Below the pieces are notes generated by a model. The model was not told where the DNA came from. It was given only the letters and a program-made list of their open reading frames with translations, and ran no database searches. The translations under genes and the position numbers were made by a program. DNA of 57,563 nucleotides, filler included, from Catajapyx aquilonaris (Eukaryota), in NCBI GenBank assembly GCA_000934665.2. It is 3 parts of 3 records of this genome, joined end to end, with 100 filler letters (N's around TTAATTAATTAA, not from the genome) between each part and the next. Parts side by side here need not be neighbours in the genome. Positions count along the whole stretch, not along the records: positions 19,195 to 38,375 come from JYFJ02006535.1; positions 38,476 to 57,563 come from JYFJ02006536.1; 1 more part is not named here. One strand, 5' to 3'. Positions 25,701-40,083 of the stretch are shown here, one piece after another. How positions within the stretch are numbered: the first letter of the stretch is position 1; every line of letters begins with the position of its first letter.

Positions 25701-28700
25701 TATTTGCCACGCTGCCGCCGCCACATTAGTTTAGGTTTTGCCCTCCCACCCCCACCATCCTCCACGTCTCGCAAGTCTCCAATGGCTGGTGCTGCAGTCA
25801 CACTCTCCACCCAGACGATTCGGATGTGATGGAGCGCCGTATAATCAGCCCGGGCGCTTAGTTGGCGCAGGCCATCCTTCCTTTGAAAAATGCCAGACCT
25901 ATACGTGGTATGCCGCTGTCGACTTGAATCACTCCGGAGCCCACGCCCACAGCACCACTCTTCCTACTGCTGCATTTCCTCCGTTGCAATTACTCACCTG
26001 TGACAGCAGCACTTTTTGTTGTTTCAGACGTGTACCGGCTTTTTTCTCCTAGATATACTGTACAACCTTAGAGCATGTACCCATTTATTAAGGAGAAAAA
26101 TCGAGCATTTTTTTCACATATAAGTTGAAGGATAAGTGGGGAAAAAATTATGCGACAAAAGATTTTAACCAAAAGCAGTGGATGAAAATGCGCTCTTTCC
26201 ACTTATTGAAGTGGAATGTATACGCCTCTGGCTGGCTGTACATGCTCATCATTCAGATTGAGGGTGGTGTATATAGGCGGCGTTTTCCGTTGGTCTCGTG
26301 TCCATGATAGCACGTTGCTATGTTGTTCACGCGCGTTGTTCAACATGGGCGAGTGAAAATGCGTATGAAAGAGTGACTCATTATCACTCGGGATAATGAA
26401 CGACACTTATGCTGGTTGCGTGACGCTATTTTCAGACTTTTGACACTTCAAATATTCGGTTAAGTGATTAAGGTCATTATACAGGCGCTCCCCTATCAGT
26501 TGGATTGGACCGGTATCGATCCCTCATGGTCACTGGGTGGTGTATTTTTTAGACAACATTGGGCCCTGCTATACCATGTGTTCAAAATTACGATGCATTG
26601 TCTGCGAGTAACTGCCACTTTTTTTTCTTTTTTTTTTGCAGAGCTGCCGTCCAAAAATTCTACTTTGCCAATCTCTCTCATTTTGCGCTGTTTATATAAC
26701 TGTGATGTGCCAATGTAGAAATTTCGACTAAAAACATCCCTTGGTATCAGGAAATCCGCATTACATGGTCAAGGATTACCTTTCCTATAGTAATTGGCGC
26801 CCAAAGCTTACTTTTATATAATTGTGAGCCAGTCAATATATTGTTAAAAATAATGGTTCGGCAGCAAATTTGTGTTTGTTCTTTAATCTTACTGCATCAG
26901 TTTATTGTTCTCTTTATCATACGTGATGGAAACCCCCACCTCCTTCGCACTATTTGAATGCAGGGTGTCTCAAAAATTCTCCTGCAGGACCCTCACTCCC
27001 ATCGAAGAGGTATAGTTTAGATATAAGCTATATGAGAGTTAGGCATGTTTCAAGAAATGTCTGGAGATTATCGAAATGTGGGTGCCATTTTTAGCGAAAT
27101 GGAAGGGCCATTGCACTTTAGAGAAACGGGGAAAGAGTTGCTATTTTTCTCTCCTGTGGTTAGGGTCATTCGCCATACGACAAGTGTTCACGAATTTTAA
27201 AAAACCTTTGTCCCGTATTCATTTTATGGTGGAAGTCATGCTTCTATGGATTCTTGCTCTGTTTCTAGTAATAATTGCCTTTTTTATAGTAGGCTGTTAT
27301 ACTGCATAAAATTTTCACTTATTAGGTTCACCAGTCAAGAGTGGGTATATATGTATGAGGAATATTATGCATAATCGGAGGTTTTATGCCTTCATTTCCG
27401 TTGATACAACCGACCCTACTTATTTATTGCTTCGAAGCATCCCATACCTTATCCTCTCCAAATAACTATAACTTCCAGACCTGTGACTTCCCACTGAATG
27501 CAGGGGTACCAAAGGCACTTTTTATCGATCAAAAAAAATCGGTTGCAAATCTTTTCGGCATCACGTGAGTCGAATTGCTAATCAGGTCATAAATCTGACA
27601 CGCTCGCGTGGGAAGCAACTCTTTCCGATTTTCCAACTGTCAGGGATCGGAGCCAAAGCAACGCGATTTAGCGCCCAGGTACAGATTGGCCGCTTGTACG
27701 GACTTCAATCACAAATTGCACCAGGTATATAGCCCAAGTGGAGAGGGGGGGGGGGGGGNCAGACCCACACCTACATGTCTGCTGGTATATGGATGACTGA
27801 GGGGTGGGTGGGAGTGGGGGGATGAGAGTGTGGCCTAATATCTCTCCATCCCTCTCCACCTGCATTAGCGATATTAAAATCAGTGCGACACCACAAGAGG
27901 CGGGGTTTGGCGCGAGGTTTTCCCTTGGGAAATGCCCCTCCCCCATTTTTTGGCTGGGATCGTCATTTGGGCAACCTGAGAAATGACCTGTTGGGGATGG
28001 TGCCGCCCATGCTCCTCAGGGAGCCGCTTCCTCAGTCATCATTCATTATTTACAAGCTCGGGCCTTTTTTATTAGAGTGCATTCAAGCATATGATCATAA
28101 TGTTATTATTTATGAATATTTTATGAATATGTTATGAATTCTGGCCATTTTTAACATTTTGGGTTTTGGTCTGACTTGTTTTGACTGGTTTCATGTCAAG
28201 AGCACTGGTTATTTGCAGAAGGGGGTGTATAGGGTGGGGCTGCTATATGTACAGAGCGCTAATTAGTTAATGAAATTATTGTTATTCATGCGGGCAAACT
28301 TACAGGCAAGATTTTGTCCAACATGAAGCTCCTTTTGTATCTGAACCTCACAAGTAGTTTGTAGGGGCCATTTAGCACCGGAAAAAATTTAATTACAGTT
28401 CTTTTGATGGCCTTGCACTGAGTGCGGGTCATCATAAGTCCTCAAAGGTGGCTCCCCTTTCCCCATTCCGGGGAGAAAACATCCATAGTCTCGCCCCCAA
28501 ATGGTGCGGTACTAAAAAAAAAAGTAGAAGAGAAAAAGGTATGAGGGGGAAAAAGGTCGTAATGGCCAGTGATGCCCTTACTCTGAAAGGGTGGAGATAG
28601 TGATGTTTAAATGTAAAGTAGTACTGGGAGGCGCTACCGCATGGGGCTGCCGACTGACTTTCCCCCCATCCCTGCCCCTCTAAGCCATTATTCGACCCCC

Positions 28701-31700
28701 CTCTCTCATAGCTATAGTCCCCCCCCCCCCTTCCACACTATTCTGCAGTGAGTACGACCACCACACCATTTCTCCCCCCTCCCATCCCATCCCTCCCACT
28801 CTCCTCCCCCCAACCACCGTCGCCCGGCACACGTTATTACGGGGCGCGCAATCATATGCAAATCCGAGGCCGGGTTGACAATATGCCGGTGGAATGGCGA
28901 TCTCGTGCCCGGGATGCGCCCCGGGGGCCAGGCACCTCCACCGCCCACGACAGGGGTGCCCAAATGATTTTATATACCGGGGATATTAACGCGGGTTTGT
29001 CACGGAACTCACACTTGTTATACTTTTTTTTAACTCTCGAGGCGTCAGGGAGGTGGTTCAGTTTGGTACGAAAAAACACGTGTGATGATTTGAATGCGTA
29101 TTAAAATTACGTGGTGTAAGGTTGTTGGAACTTATGCGCCGAGTCAGTGCATGTTTGAAATGTAGGCTACTATACATGTCGAATAATATGAAATGTTGGT
29201 CCACACTTTCATGCCATACTATTGTGTGATTAAGCATTGCATGTACGAAAAAACAGTATTTTATCCAAATGTTCGTCATTGGTAACGTGATGTTTAGCCA
29301 TTTTAAATTTCTACAGCAGAGCATATGAAAAGAAAAAAAAACCTTGACAAATTGCTGTAGATGTCATAAGCAGTTCAGGTAAAGCAATTGCCGCCAATCA
29401 GTGATCACTACACGCCATAATTATGGAGAAAAAAATCATAGAAATCTGTAATACATAGCATTTAACATCGACTAAAAGTGTGTCCATCGTGATTCACACA
29501 TAAATCCATGTGACCGATGTACCCAATAAACAACAGATCCCCATCATAAACGATATTCAACAAGTTACGAGACATTCGGATCATCCCCACCCAAGTGTTA
29601 TAACACGCAGCATACATTGAAAGCAAGCTCTATACATGCAGAGGTGAAGCTGGTGGGGGCCACAGCAGCATGATTGTGTTTCTGGTGGTTTGGGCATCCC
29701 TGTGGCGTCGCGCTCCCAGAATGGGGCGTCGCCTGTATTTATGAAGCGAAGGTATGTAATAATCAGAGCGTGGGCCACCGGATTTCATCTCGGGCCGGAT
29801 TCACACAGTTAATCACGGGGCCCTGCGCGCGCCCGCCCCCAATTAGCTTCATAAAGCGCCCTGATGGATGAGGTGGAGGGGGATTTGGGAGGGGGGAGGC
29901 GCGGGGAGGAGGTTAAAGAGGGGGGGAGCCTCCCCCTCCCACCCTACCACTACATATAGTGAGAGAATGAGGGAGTGAGATAGGGTCAAAGCCACACCCT
30001 GAAACCACCCGGGGGATGATACAGCAACTTTTGTCACAACTCTTGGGGAAAATTTATTAATAATTGGCTCGGATTTGTAGAGCAGATCTGTGGAGAAAAT
30101 TTTGCCTGGTAATGATTTCAGAGGGTTTATGTGGTAATTGTGTAAGTTGAAAGAGCACATGGTGCGGTGGAAAATTCATGTGCGCTGGGTTTTTGTTGGG
30201 CATGGTGACAAGGATCAAATTGCGTGGATTGATTTATTACAATGGGAGGTTCACAGGGTAGGTGACTGAAATTAAAGTGTTGGGGATCGCATTGCTCATA
30301 GTAGTCTGGTGTCGCCGCCTGTGTCATTGTCAACATGTATAGGCTGACGCCTGCAGGAACTTAGCCAATATATTTACAAGTTTGTGTGTTATCATAAATC
30401 ATATATACACACACCCAATTCCGAGGGGTTAGTTACTTCTTATATGGTGATCCGATGGTGATCCAGTGGTGATCCGATGCTTTCGGTGATCCAGTGTATA
30501 CACTTTAGTGAGGAGTGACTTGCCCAATTCACACTCTCAACACTCACTTATCTGTACATTTTAGCCTGACAATAGGCTCATGTGAGATTGTGGGCAAGAC
30601 TTTGACTTATACATATACAGTACAATAAAATGAAATGTGTTTTGCGGAAATTGCGGAAAATGAAAATTGACCACACCAATCTAAGGAGCTCGCAGAATGA
30701 TCGTATAGCGATAAGTGTTGTTTCAGGAAACCCGTTGATATACTCTTCCAACCATTAGCCTATGTCCTCTTGAGGGAGGCTGTGGGTCTAAAATAAGACT
30801 AAGCAGTGCACATCAATCATTAATTTTACATTGTATACAACTTATCGGGGAACCAAAAGTGCATTCATGCCCTATAACTGTTGCTTCTGTGCGTTCTTTT
30901 ATTGATAGTATAGCATTATGCATATAGTCTACTTTTTCGCATATGAAAGTTGTGAAAATGAATGAATAGGCCTACTGAGGTAAGTCTTACACATATGTTT
31001 ATTGAAAGTTTTTTACATTCCCGGCGACTCTGTGGTATCTACTGACTGAAAAGTAGGAATATTAACATCTTAATTAAGTTTATTGCATAATTCATACAAT
31101 TTTCGTAACTGAGTTAATGAAATTCAATCCCATGTTTGAACTACCCTGCATGGTATCAGTAGTGATAAGCGCAAGGCATCTACAGATGTCATCGTGCACG
31201 AATCACCTCAATTACGTTTAATAAGTTGGCATCATGCATGGTAGATGGCAACAGTATCTACATCGTAACTACAAGTGTAATTAATTTTGGGTATGTAAAA
31301 AAGAGAAAAAGCTATTGATTGCCACATGTAGGCTATATATAGTGTTACTTTCTGCTGTGACCAACTTGAAGTGAAAGTACGTAATTTTACACTGTTGATT
31401 TATAGTGTAACCTATCCTCTCATTGAGTTGAGAATTTTTTTAAAGTGTTGTTTGGCCAGAGGAATTACTCGTCTGATGCATGAACCATTGAACGGGAATG
31501 GGACATCATTCTCGTGGTGAGTAAAGGAATATCTTTTGTGGAAGTACGTAAGGTCCTGATGTGACCTACTTCGACATGAGTATACTCATGAGCGTAAAAG
31601 CTCCCGCACATTATGGGTTACTTATTCATTATGATTCATTATTATAATCGTGTGCAATATAGACTAATAGTTCCCTGACGAAAGGACTGCATGTCATAGC

Positions 31701-34700
31701 GAGTTTAAATATTATAGGATATCGTCATGACGGTGGTATTTTTTAACCTGAAGCAGAACGATTGATATAAGCAGTTTTTACCCAGAATAGTCAACATTTA
31801 GGGTGTAGCACCCTCACTTCGACGTGGTTTACTTTTGATTTCACATACGACGCTGAAGGCAGTGTTTGCCGAACTAAGTAGTACCTCTGATCTAAGCCAG
31901 CACTTCTTGCGCCCTTGGTGCACCCTCATGAGAAAGGCCAAGTTTGCAAAGGCTTAATCTGGATTGTGTTGACTATAGATTTGGTAGCCCTTGTGCCAAC
32001 ACACACCTGATGACTTTCCTTTCCCCCACGTTATAGTATCGGCGTTCTCCTATGTAATGTGAAGCGTGCCCCTTTCCACATTACTTCTACCCCCCTTCCC
32101 CCCCTCTTCCAACACCAATTTTATTTCCCTCCTCCTTCTCCTCCTCCCGCCCCTGACTCCCCTCCTTCCTCCTCACTCGACTTGGAGAGCGGCAATGGAA
32201 TTTGCTCCAAGATCCCTCCTCGCCTCTCCGCTGCATATGCAGACCTTCCGATAACGACTTTACGGAAATCGAGTTTGCCGAGTTTGCCGCTGCCGGATCC
32301 TTCTCCATCCCCTCCCCCCCCCCCTTCTCCTCCTCCTCCTCTCCCACCTCCAGCCCTTCCTCCCCCTCCCCACCCAAGCAGCTTCCTTTCCGGAGCAGAA
32401 GTCATTCCGCCTATCCCTCCGGTGCACTTGCAGCATCCACCTCCCACAGCTTTTTTTAATGCATTCAGGCGACCTGCGACCTTTTTGACATTGCTGCGGG
32501 TCACGACTCTCTGCATATCAATCATCCAGACTGCAGCAGCAAGCAGTCTGACTCAGATGGCTCCAAGGATTAGGGAAAAAATTCGGGGAAATCATATATT
32601 CACGAGATGATCGATCGAGATGTGTAGTCTCTAATGTGCTATAGGGAGATTTATTCACTCTTGATGAAACCGAATCACTCAATATAGGACGCTAATATAA
32701 ATACTGTATTACAACATGTAGCACACTCTTATGTAATAAACCGAGGTTGTATGCACACAAAGTACAGAGAGAATAATTATATATGATTCTGGGTAGGTAC
32801 TCACATAATACTTGAGATATTTACTCCTTAATAACATATTGTTTGCGTTGATACAACCGGGCCGAAGTAATTGTTCCTGTTTTTGTACGAGCCATCAAAA
32901 TATTGAGGGTTTTTAGCAGGGGAGCCGAGGAATATTGAGTGCACCTGACGTCAGATCGGCATTTTGGTTAAATGCTAAAAATGAATGATGTTTAGACACT
33001 AGTGTTACTCGTGCCAAAATGACATGTCACTTGTTGGCCCTGGTTATTGCGCTTATTAGCGAGATGGCCTTAACCCGGTCATTATTACATTGCCTTATTT
33101 GTAAACGATTGGACAAGTCCATCTAGTGATAGTCAAAATTTTGTCAGCCTTCTAATTATTGGAAGACCTTTGGGAACGTGTATGATAACACTAAAGGTCC
33201 CATGGTGTAATGAGACTGTTTTTGTATGATACATGCAGCTCTTATCATTATCATAAAGAGCAATTTACAGTTACCAAACCCGAGACAGCTACAGTATATA
33301 AAGAGGACGTTTAAAACCAATGCATTTACCACCACTATGGCAATGGCATCTTGGACCTCACACTGCAATGTCTTGATTTTATCAGTCAGAATAGACCTGT
33401 AAAGTCGCCATTGTTGGTTTCAAACGTTGATATTTATTAATTTTGCTGTATAATTAAAGTGGCCTTCGATGGAGTCCTGGCAGAATTAACAACATGACAC
33501 GCCATTCTAAGCCACTTACAACGGGAGCAGCCCGTGACATCATTATTGACACTGGTGGATGATGCCCATGAAAGTGATCCTGTCAATATGAAAGAAATTA
33601 TGCAAAGAACCTAACCGTCAAAATAGGCAGGGGTTGTCCCATCATGCAGGGTGGAACGTTTTCCAACAACACACTTTGACTAATTACTATAGGGGCTGTA
33701 GTTTGAATCTGAATAAATAACACTTGTTGTCCCCCTTCTCGGCATGATGACGAGCTTTTTTACTGAAATGATTCGAAATAGTTATTAACGGTCCTTAATT
33801 GGATCAGGCCACCGAGAATAATCCAGATGGCCCCAATTAATGGCAACAGACCGCGAAGATTAACTTTTCATTCCCGTCATGCCGTAGGTACACGGCCTCC
33901 TGCGTGATTGCAGTCTGATGCGCATATGCAGCAAGCACTGGGGGCCACATGTGGCCGTGTCTGGCAAGCTAGGAGGTAGGATAGGTAGCCCAAACAGCGC
34001 CATCGGGAGGAATCTGGCTACGTTGGGCCGCCGCCCGGCAATCCGCTAGATTGAAACATCAATTATGAAGTAAGGCCGGCCCCCCTGGGGAAGCCCACTT
34101 GCCAGACGCGCTGACGGCATGCATCCCCCCACCATCATTTTTTGTCTCAACCATTATTGTTGGGTAACAATCCATTGTGCAAATTCCTACGTGACAATCG
34201 GATCATGCTCTCTCTTCTTTTCTCCCCAACTCCTAAAGTCTCTTCAGGAGAGCCGTCATTTCTGGCAGACGCGACTCTAGGGCCACCTGGGGGAAGCCGC
34301 CAAACTTTTTTTCCCGAGCGCCGCACCCGATGGCTGATGGCGAGGGTTAAAAGGCATGAAAATTTCACGTCGTCGTTTCTTGACAGCGCCCAACTCAGCG
34401 GCTTTATTGGAGGAGAAAGTTGAGGCGCCAGGAAAAAGCAAGGAGATGTGATGGCTTCCCCCCCCACACAACCCCCTCGTCTCCATCTCGACTTTTCCCC
34501 GAGTCATGTCCTCCTAAGATTGCTCCCGACGTCCCGAAAGTTAGGAATTAAAATCGGACTGAGACTGACATCTTGCTGCATGACTTTTTCTTTTTTATTC
34601 TTCCAACCTCCATATCACTCTGCCACTTTTCTGGCANCCCCCCCCCCCCCCCCACCTTTAAAAAAAAAAGTTTTATGAAGAAGTGAGGTGCGGGTTCGTG

Positions 34701-37700
34701 TTAATTTCTGCGCAGGGATGGTGCTGGGGAACAAATGAACCAAAGGCAAAAAGCGGGGCCTTGCTGGCTTTGTGCCCAAATCTGGTTGAAGTCTTAGGAA
34801 ATAAATGAGTGTCGCATTGGCATGCAGGCTGCCTCCAAAGTTGCTCCTTTTTTTTCCAGTCTCCCTCCGGGCAGCGTCCCTTAATGTTCCAGCCGTTTTC
34901 TTCCAGCTCCCACCCACCCGCCATCACATCACGTCAAAGTTGCCAACCGATTTGGGGCACCAGGAGACAATTTCAGTTGAATCCTGCATATATTTAGAGA
35001 GGGTATGCATAACAAATAATGTGTCAATCAGTGCATGTTAATAGAGTTTTAAATTGAGGGGAGGATTCCAAGAGTGAGAAGCAGATTTTGGAAGCAGTGT
35101 GGAGCCGAACTGTTGGCAGCCTGCTTCCTTTACCATCAACCCTCCTTTCGGCGTAATTGTCCGGATTTTTCACCGGGAACGGCTCTTTTCGCCGATGAAG
35201 ACGAGGCGATGAGGCCCTCCATCACCCGGGGCGCTAAACGTCGGAGAGAAGCGGGTCTTCCCCTCCTCCCCTTTTCCTTAACCCCCTCTTTCACCCCCTA
35301 GAAACCATCCTATCTTTCCGGTAGAAGCAGCTTCCCGGAAATCCACTCTTTCTCCTTCTCTCTCCTTCCCTCTCTCTCTCTCTCTTCCACCAGCACCCCT
35401 TACTTGCAGGCCAGGGATTGGTGCAATCCTTGCCCACCCAATCCCATCCCGCTTCCAGATTGCCGCAGAGACTTCAACCCCCCCTCTTCCTCCTCTCCCT
35501 ACCCGCACCCTTCTCTCCCACTCCCATCCTAGAAACCCATTCCTTCCACCCCCACCTCCCATCCCTTTCCAATCTGCAGCTTCCACAACCTCTGCCAGAC
35601 ATTTCCTGTCAGCATGAGATTTCCTCTTCCAACAATGACACGGGTTACTCCAACAATGATTGTTTCAACAATATAGTTTCCACAGCACCCATAGTTGTAT
35701 ACAAGCAATGGCGCAGGATCTCAGTCATTTTCGTGATATCTGCACATAATGTACTGCTCACATTTTGTGCCAGCAAAAAAACCATATTCCACTTTCGCTC
35801 CCCGGAAAAATAGCTGCAGTCTCGGGAGCTGTAGGACCTCCTCCCCGTATATACAGTACCTTGGCTGCTTTGCTCTCGGTTGCTGAATTTAATAATCCGG
35901 ATGCAAAATCCCATCTTAGCATTCCCGTAGCTGCTGCAGCATCTGGCCGCTGTTGGAGTGGTGGGGAAGGGGGGGGGGGAGCATGAGTGTATGCGCCTGG
36001 AGCCTCCATATTTCAGCGCCTGCAGCAGCCGAATGGCCTGCTCTGCCTGCCTGCCTACTTTGCCTCAGCTTCGTTGCCAATATTCCACCTGGCAAATATC
36101 ATGCTTTATGAAAATCAAAATATTGCAGATGAACATTTTTTTAAATTTTAAAAAATTAAATGAGCCAATGCAGAACTACTGACGTGTAATAACTAAGACG
36201 TGTCCTGTATGTAGGACGTCAGGCATGTCTGTACGTGTTTCATACTATGCACGTTATTTGCATATGCTTTGCAGGATTTTCAATTATTGGATTTGCTTTG
36301 TGGCTATATTGTTATATAACATCCAAAACCTGTATGCCCAGCATAATCATTACAATTGCACATCTTTCGGGTAAAAAAGGAGGCAACACTGTTCCTGAAA
36401 GGTGAGGTATAGCAGACATGGTAGGGTGGGAAGGTGAGTGCGGGAGGGGGGGGGGGCATAGGAGATTTCCCGCGCAAATATATGACAGGCGTGCGTATGA
36501 TTTGCAGGGCCCCGGGCCAAATCCCCCTCAACCGCAAAAGCCGCAGAGGCCAGATGCATTAGGCTGATTAAAACGAGCTCGTCTTCGGCAAAAGAGATAG
36601 AGAGAAGTGGGGAGAGAAAGAGAGAGTCCTGGGTCACCTACAGGGTGGTCACCTGGGACACTCGACTCGTGGGAGGAAGAGCAAAGCAGGAGGAACGCCC
36701 ATCCTATGGGAATCATAGGGATTCTAAGGTGCATTCCTCCTCACCCACCCAAGGGAGCTTCCTTATCCTTATGAGTAGTCTTGTAATCTTTTGAAACACG
36801 CCCTGCTGTTACGCCTTGACCTGAACAAAGTAATGTAAAAAAGTAATATAGTGATAATCGCATACATGTCATTTTTCTCAGGAACGACATTTGTGTAACT
36901 TGAATTTAACAATCATGATAACCGGGCAGTAACGTGCATTGCCTTGAACTTATTCAGCATTTGTCTGATGGAAGTAACCTCATTTCTTTTCTGACAAGCA
37001 GTCCCAGGCGTTCGCTCACTTATAATATGGCGTACTTTTTACTCGACTTTTTACCTAACGGACGCACCCCTCCCGAGTGGAAAACGAAGACGATTAAATT
37101 AAAGGCGCGATGGTGTAAGCCCAGTAATTTTTACTTCGTCCGTCTTCGTTGTCATTCTGTCAGTGAGGGACAGGCTTCGTTTTAAAAGTACAAATTTTGA
37201 AAGTCTTAGCGCCGAGCCCCCCTCAACTCGGATCCCTTCATTTGGAAAACTCGAGATGCTCTGAGACTTTTTCTGAAGTCACGGGGCGACGCCTATCAAT
37301 TATTCCATTCCGAATTTGGCTCATTATGAAGCAGTCCTGCCTCGATTCCTTAAAAATACTACCCTTTGTCTGTGCCGCTTTTTATATAAGAAAGTGTGAG
37401 TGAACTTTGTTATACAGCTAAGAGTGTGCTTCATATAATCATACTGCATATATAGGCCGATTGTATGGTGCGTGTCATGCAGATTATCACGTGTAGATTT
37501 AGCATTCTTGGGCACTCTGTTAAAGAGATGGTTTTTTTGGAGCGTCTATATGGTCGGCATTATTATTCCAGGACTGTCCGGGTGCCAATTGTTCAAAATC
37601 ATTGGCAAACATTTAGGTAGACTTACTATTGCAAAAGACAATGTTTTTATATGCAGCGTAAATAATTCAAATGATGTAATTAATGAATGTCAACAATTTC

Positions 37701-38375
37701 AGTGAGAGTGAAAATGGCCTTTCACATGCCTAGATATCGTTAGCCTTTTTACATCACACTGCAGTGTTCTGCGGTATGAAGTTGTAAGAACCCATTTGGA
37801 AAATGAGACGCGGTGTCATATAAAAGTGAAGCATTGTGGTTACGCAATTGTCGCAAGAAACTACTCATCTTATTCCCCCATAATTTGAACAAACTCGCGA
37901 TAATCTGCCAAGTTTTCTGATATTTATTGCACGATGAAATTAATACGGCATCAAAAATCCCCACCTAACTTAGCGCCATTACCTCCCCAAGTGCCTGAGG
38001 GTTATTACCGCCGAGAAAATTACCAGCAATAAGGGAGCGGGGATTGACAACATTTATGCAAAGAGGCAAGCGCAGGAAACCCCTCCCGTCCCCTTGATCT
38101 CGCTTCTCCCTCCCCCACTTTCATCAAAAAGAGCGTAATCCACATCGCCACGCTTTTTTCATTAGGCCCCTTCCTCATTAGAAGGTGCAAGGGAAGAGTT
38201 TTTTGAGGGGGAGGGAGTAGGGGGGGGGGGATCGCAAATTCCACTTGTTGGCGTGTGACGCGGCGGCGGGCCGCCCTGAAATATTAATTTCTCATTAGGC
38301 AAAAATACGCTGCTAGGCCCTACGCGGGCCTAATGTCATTAGCCCTAGAGAGGGGGGGATTCAGGGTGCAGGTTC

Positions 38376-38475
38376 NNNNNNNNNNNNNNNNNNNNNNNNN
38401 NNNNNNNNNNNNNNNNNNNTTAATTAATTAANNNNNNNNNNNNNNNNNNNNNNNNNNNNNNNNNNNNNNNNNNNN
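38376..38475. other. Artificial 100-bp contig linker (N44-TTAATTAATTAA-N44)
   Basis: Same structure as 19095-19194. Confidence 0.97.
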
Positions 38476-39719
38476 ACAACGGCGTAAGTCCGACGTCTCT
38501 CCGACCTCGGGAAGTGGGAGATCTTTTCCATCCTATATCCTCCTCGGATTGGGGCTTTATATATATTAGATTTGTCCTAACTACTGTCAACAGCCACCCA
38601 AGCGGCTCTGTTGTTCGCAGGTTAGCCTGACTTGCAGGATGAAACTGTGACCTCCCCCTCCCGCCGACCTACAAACCAAAGAAACTGTGTCCAAATTCAC
38701 AACAATTTGTCCTTAAGTCATTATGTTAGTTCGCGAAAGAGCTGCATAGAATTGGATCTCATTTTGTGATTGATTGCAGGCAGTAACAAGAGTGCTGTCA
38801 GCTGAATTATTCGGCTGTGCCTGTTATTGCTGCGCGGCAATATTATGGCAGGCATATCGGACGTATGGACCAGCATCAGCAGTGGATATCTCATATTTCT
38901 TTGGGAAGTACAGTGCATTCGAGCAAACCGTGCATTCCAAACCAATACTGCGTCTCATTTTCATTCATCTCTAATTTCCCCATAATAAGGAACAATATTC
39001 CAACAGCATGCAAGATAATACGGAAGGTTCAGTAAGTGTTTCATTTACTCCAGGTAGAGTAAAAGCAACACGAGAACCCCGTAAATTATGCAAACATTTT
39101 TATTTTATCGTCATCAGAGAAGAGGTGGACGGCGGTAGAGAACCACCAGCTACGATAGGAACTAATGTGCTTCGGACAACGAAGGTTGACCCCCGAGGAT
39201 TTTGGAAATGTCAGAATTGAATCTATCGACCCTGAAAACCTAGGATATGACATATGACATCAGAACGACCACCTCGACACAACAGATACGCTATACGCCG
39301 AAAACACGCAATTTCGCGACGCATTTTAAACAATTTTGCATGGCTGTCCAAAAACTATTCAAAACTTTTGGTGGTTGCTCCAATCCTCAAAATATTCTAT
39401 TAGGTTCCTTGTAGACTACGCGGGTGGGTGGGGGGGAGGGGGGTCGATTTTGTGCCTAAGTGCGTAATATACCGTCAAAATTGGGCATCAAGTCGCAAGA
39501 AACCGGCAGCGGCGAGACGAGGTAAGGAAGTGGGTTCAGCCTGTGACCACCGTATAGCGGGAGCACAAAAGAAAGTCAGTGGGTAAGCATCAGTAGTACT
39601 GAGTTTATTGAGTTGTCAAATAAAAAGAGGTACCTTGAGTTGCGGAGGAAAAGGAAAGAGGATGGTGAGGAAGAGGGATATGGAGTGGCCAGCAGTTGAC
39701 AACCAAATGGACGGGCTGG

Positions 39720-40083
39720 CAATCTTCAGCTTTCTCTTTTACCTTGAACTGAACGGAATATTCATTACTTTCTTTCCATGGAATTCAGCTACTGCAGTAT
39801 TGTCTTGCTTTGCCTACTTATACTGATTATTATACTGATTATTACTGGTACTGACGAAAAATAAAGCGTGGGCACTAAATTTTTACAAATTAATACTGTA
39901 CATGGTTATATTTCATTACATGGATGTAGGTAATGTGTCATTAGTGCCCACGCTTTATTTTTCGTCATGCAGGCCGTATAAGAATATAAGTAAAGCAAGA
40001 CAATACTGCAGTAGCTGAATTCCATGGAAAGAAAGTCATGAATCTTCTGTTCAGTTCAAGGTAAAGAAGAAAGCTGAAGATTG
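39720..40083. repeat. Long inverted repeat (fold-back hairpin)
   Basis: 39720-39823 pairs imperfectly with 39976-40083. The inner segment 39852-39878 pairs perfectly (27 bp) with 39941-39967. Confidence 0.92.

Noticed and set aside
30446..30496. GGTGATCC x4 repeats
   Set aside because: Looks like a subterminal repeat of a MITE fragment, but no partner end was found.
31873..31895. CTAAGTAGTA resembling the 5' end of miR-252b
   Set aside because: The match ends after 10 nt and no precursor hairpin is visible. No other conserved miRNA was recognised by eye.
32059..32610. 183-aa proline-rich ORF
   Set aside because: Arises from C/T-rich low-complexity DNA, has a non-ATG start, no domain and no convincing splice context.
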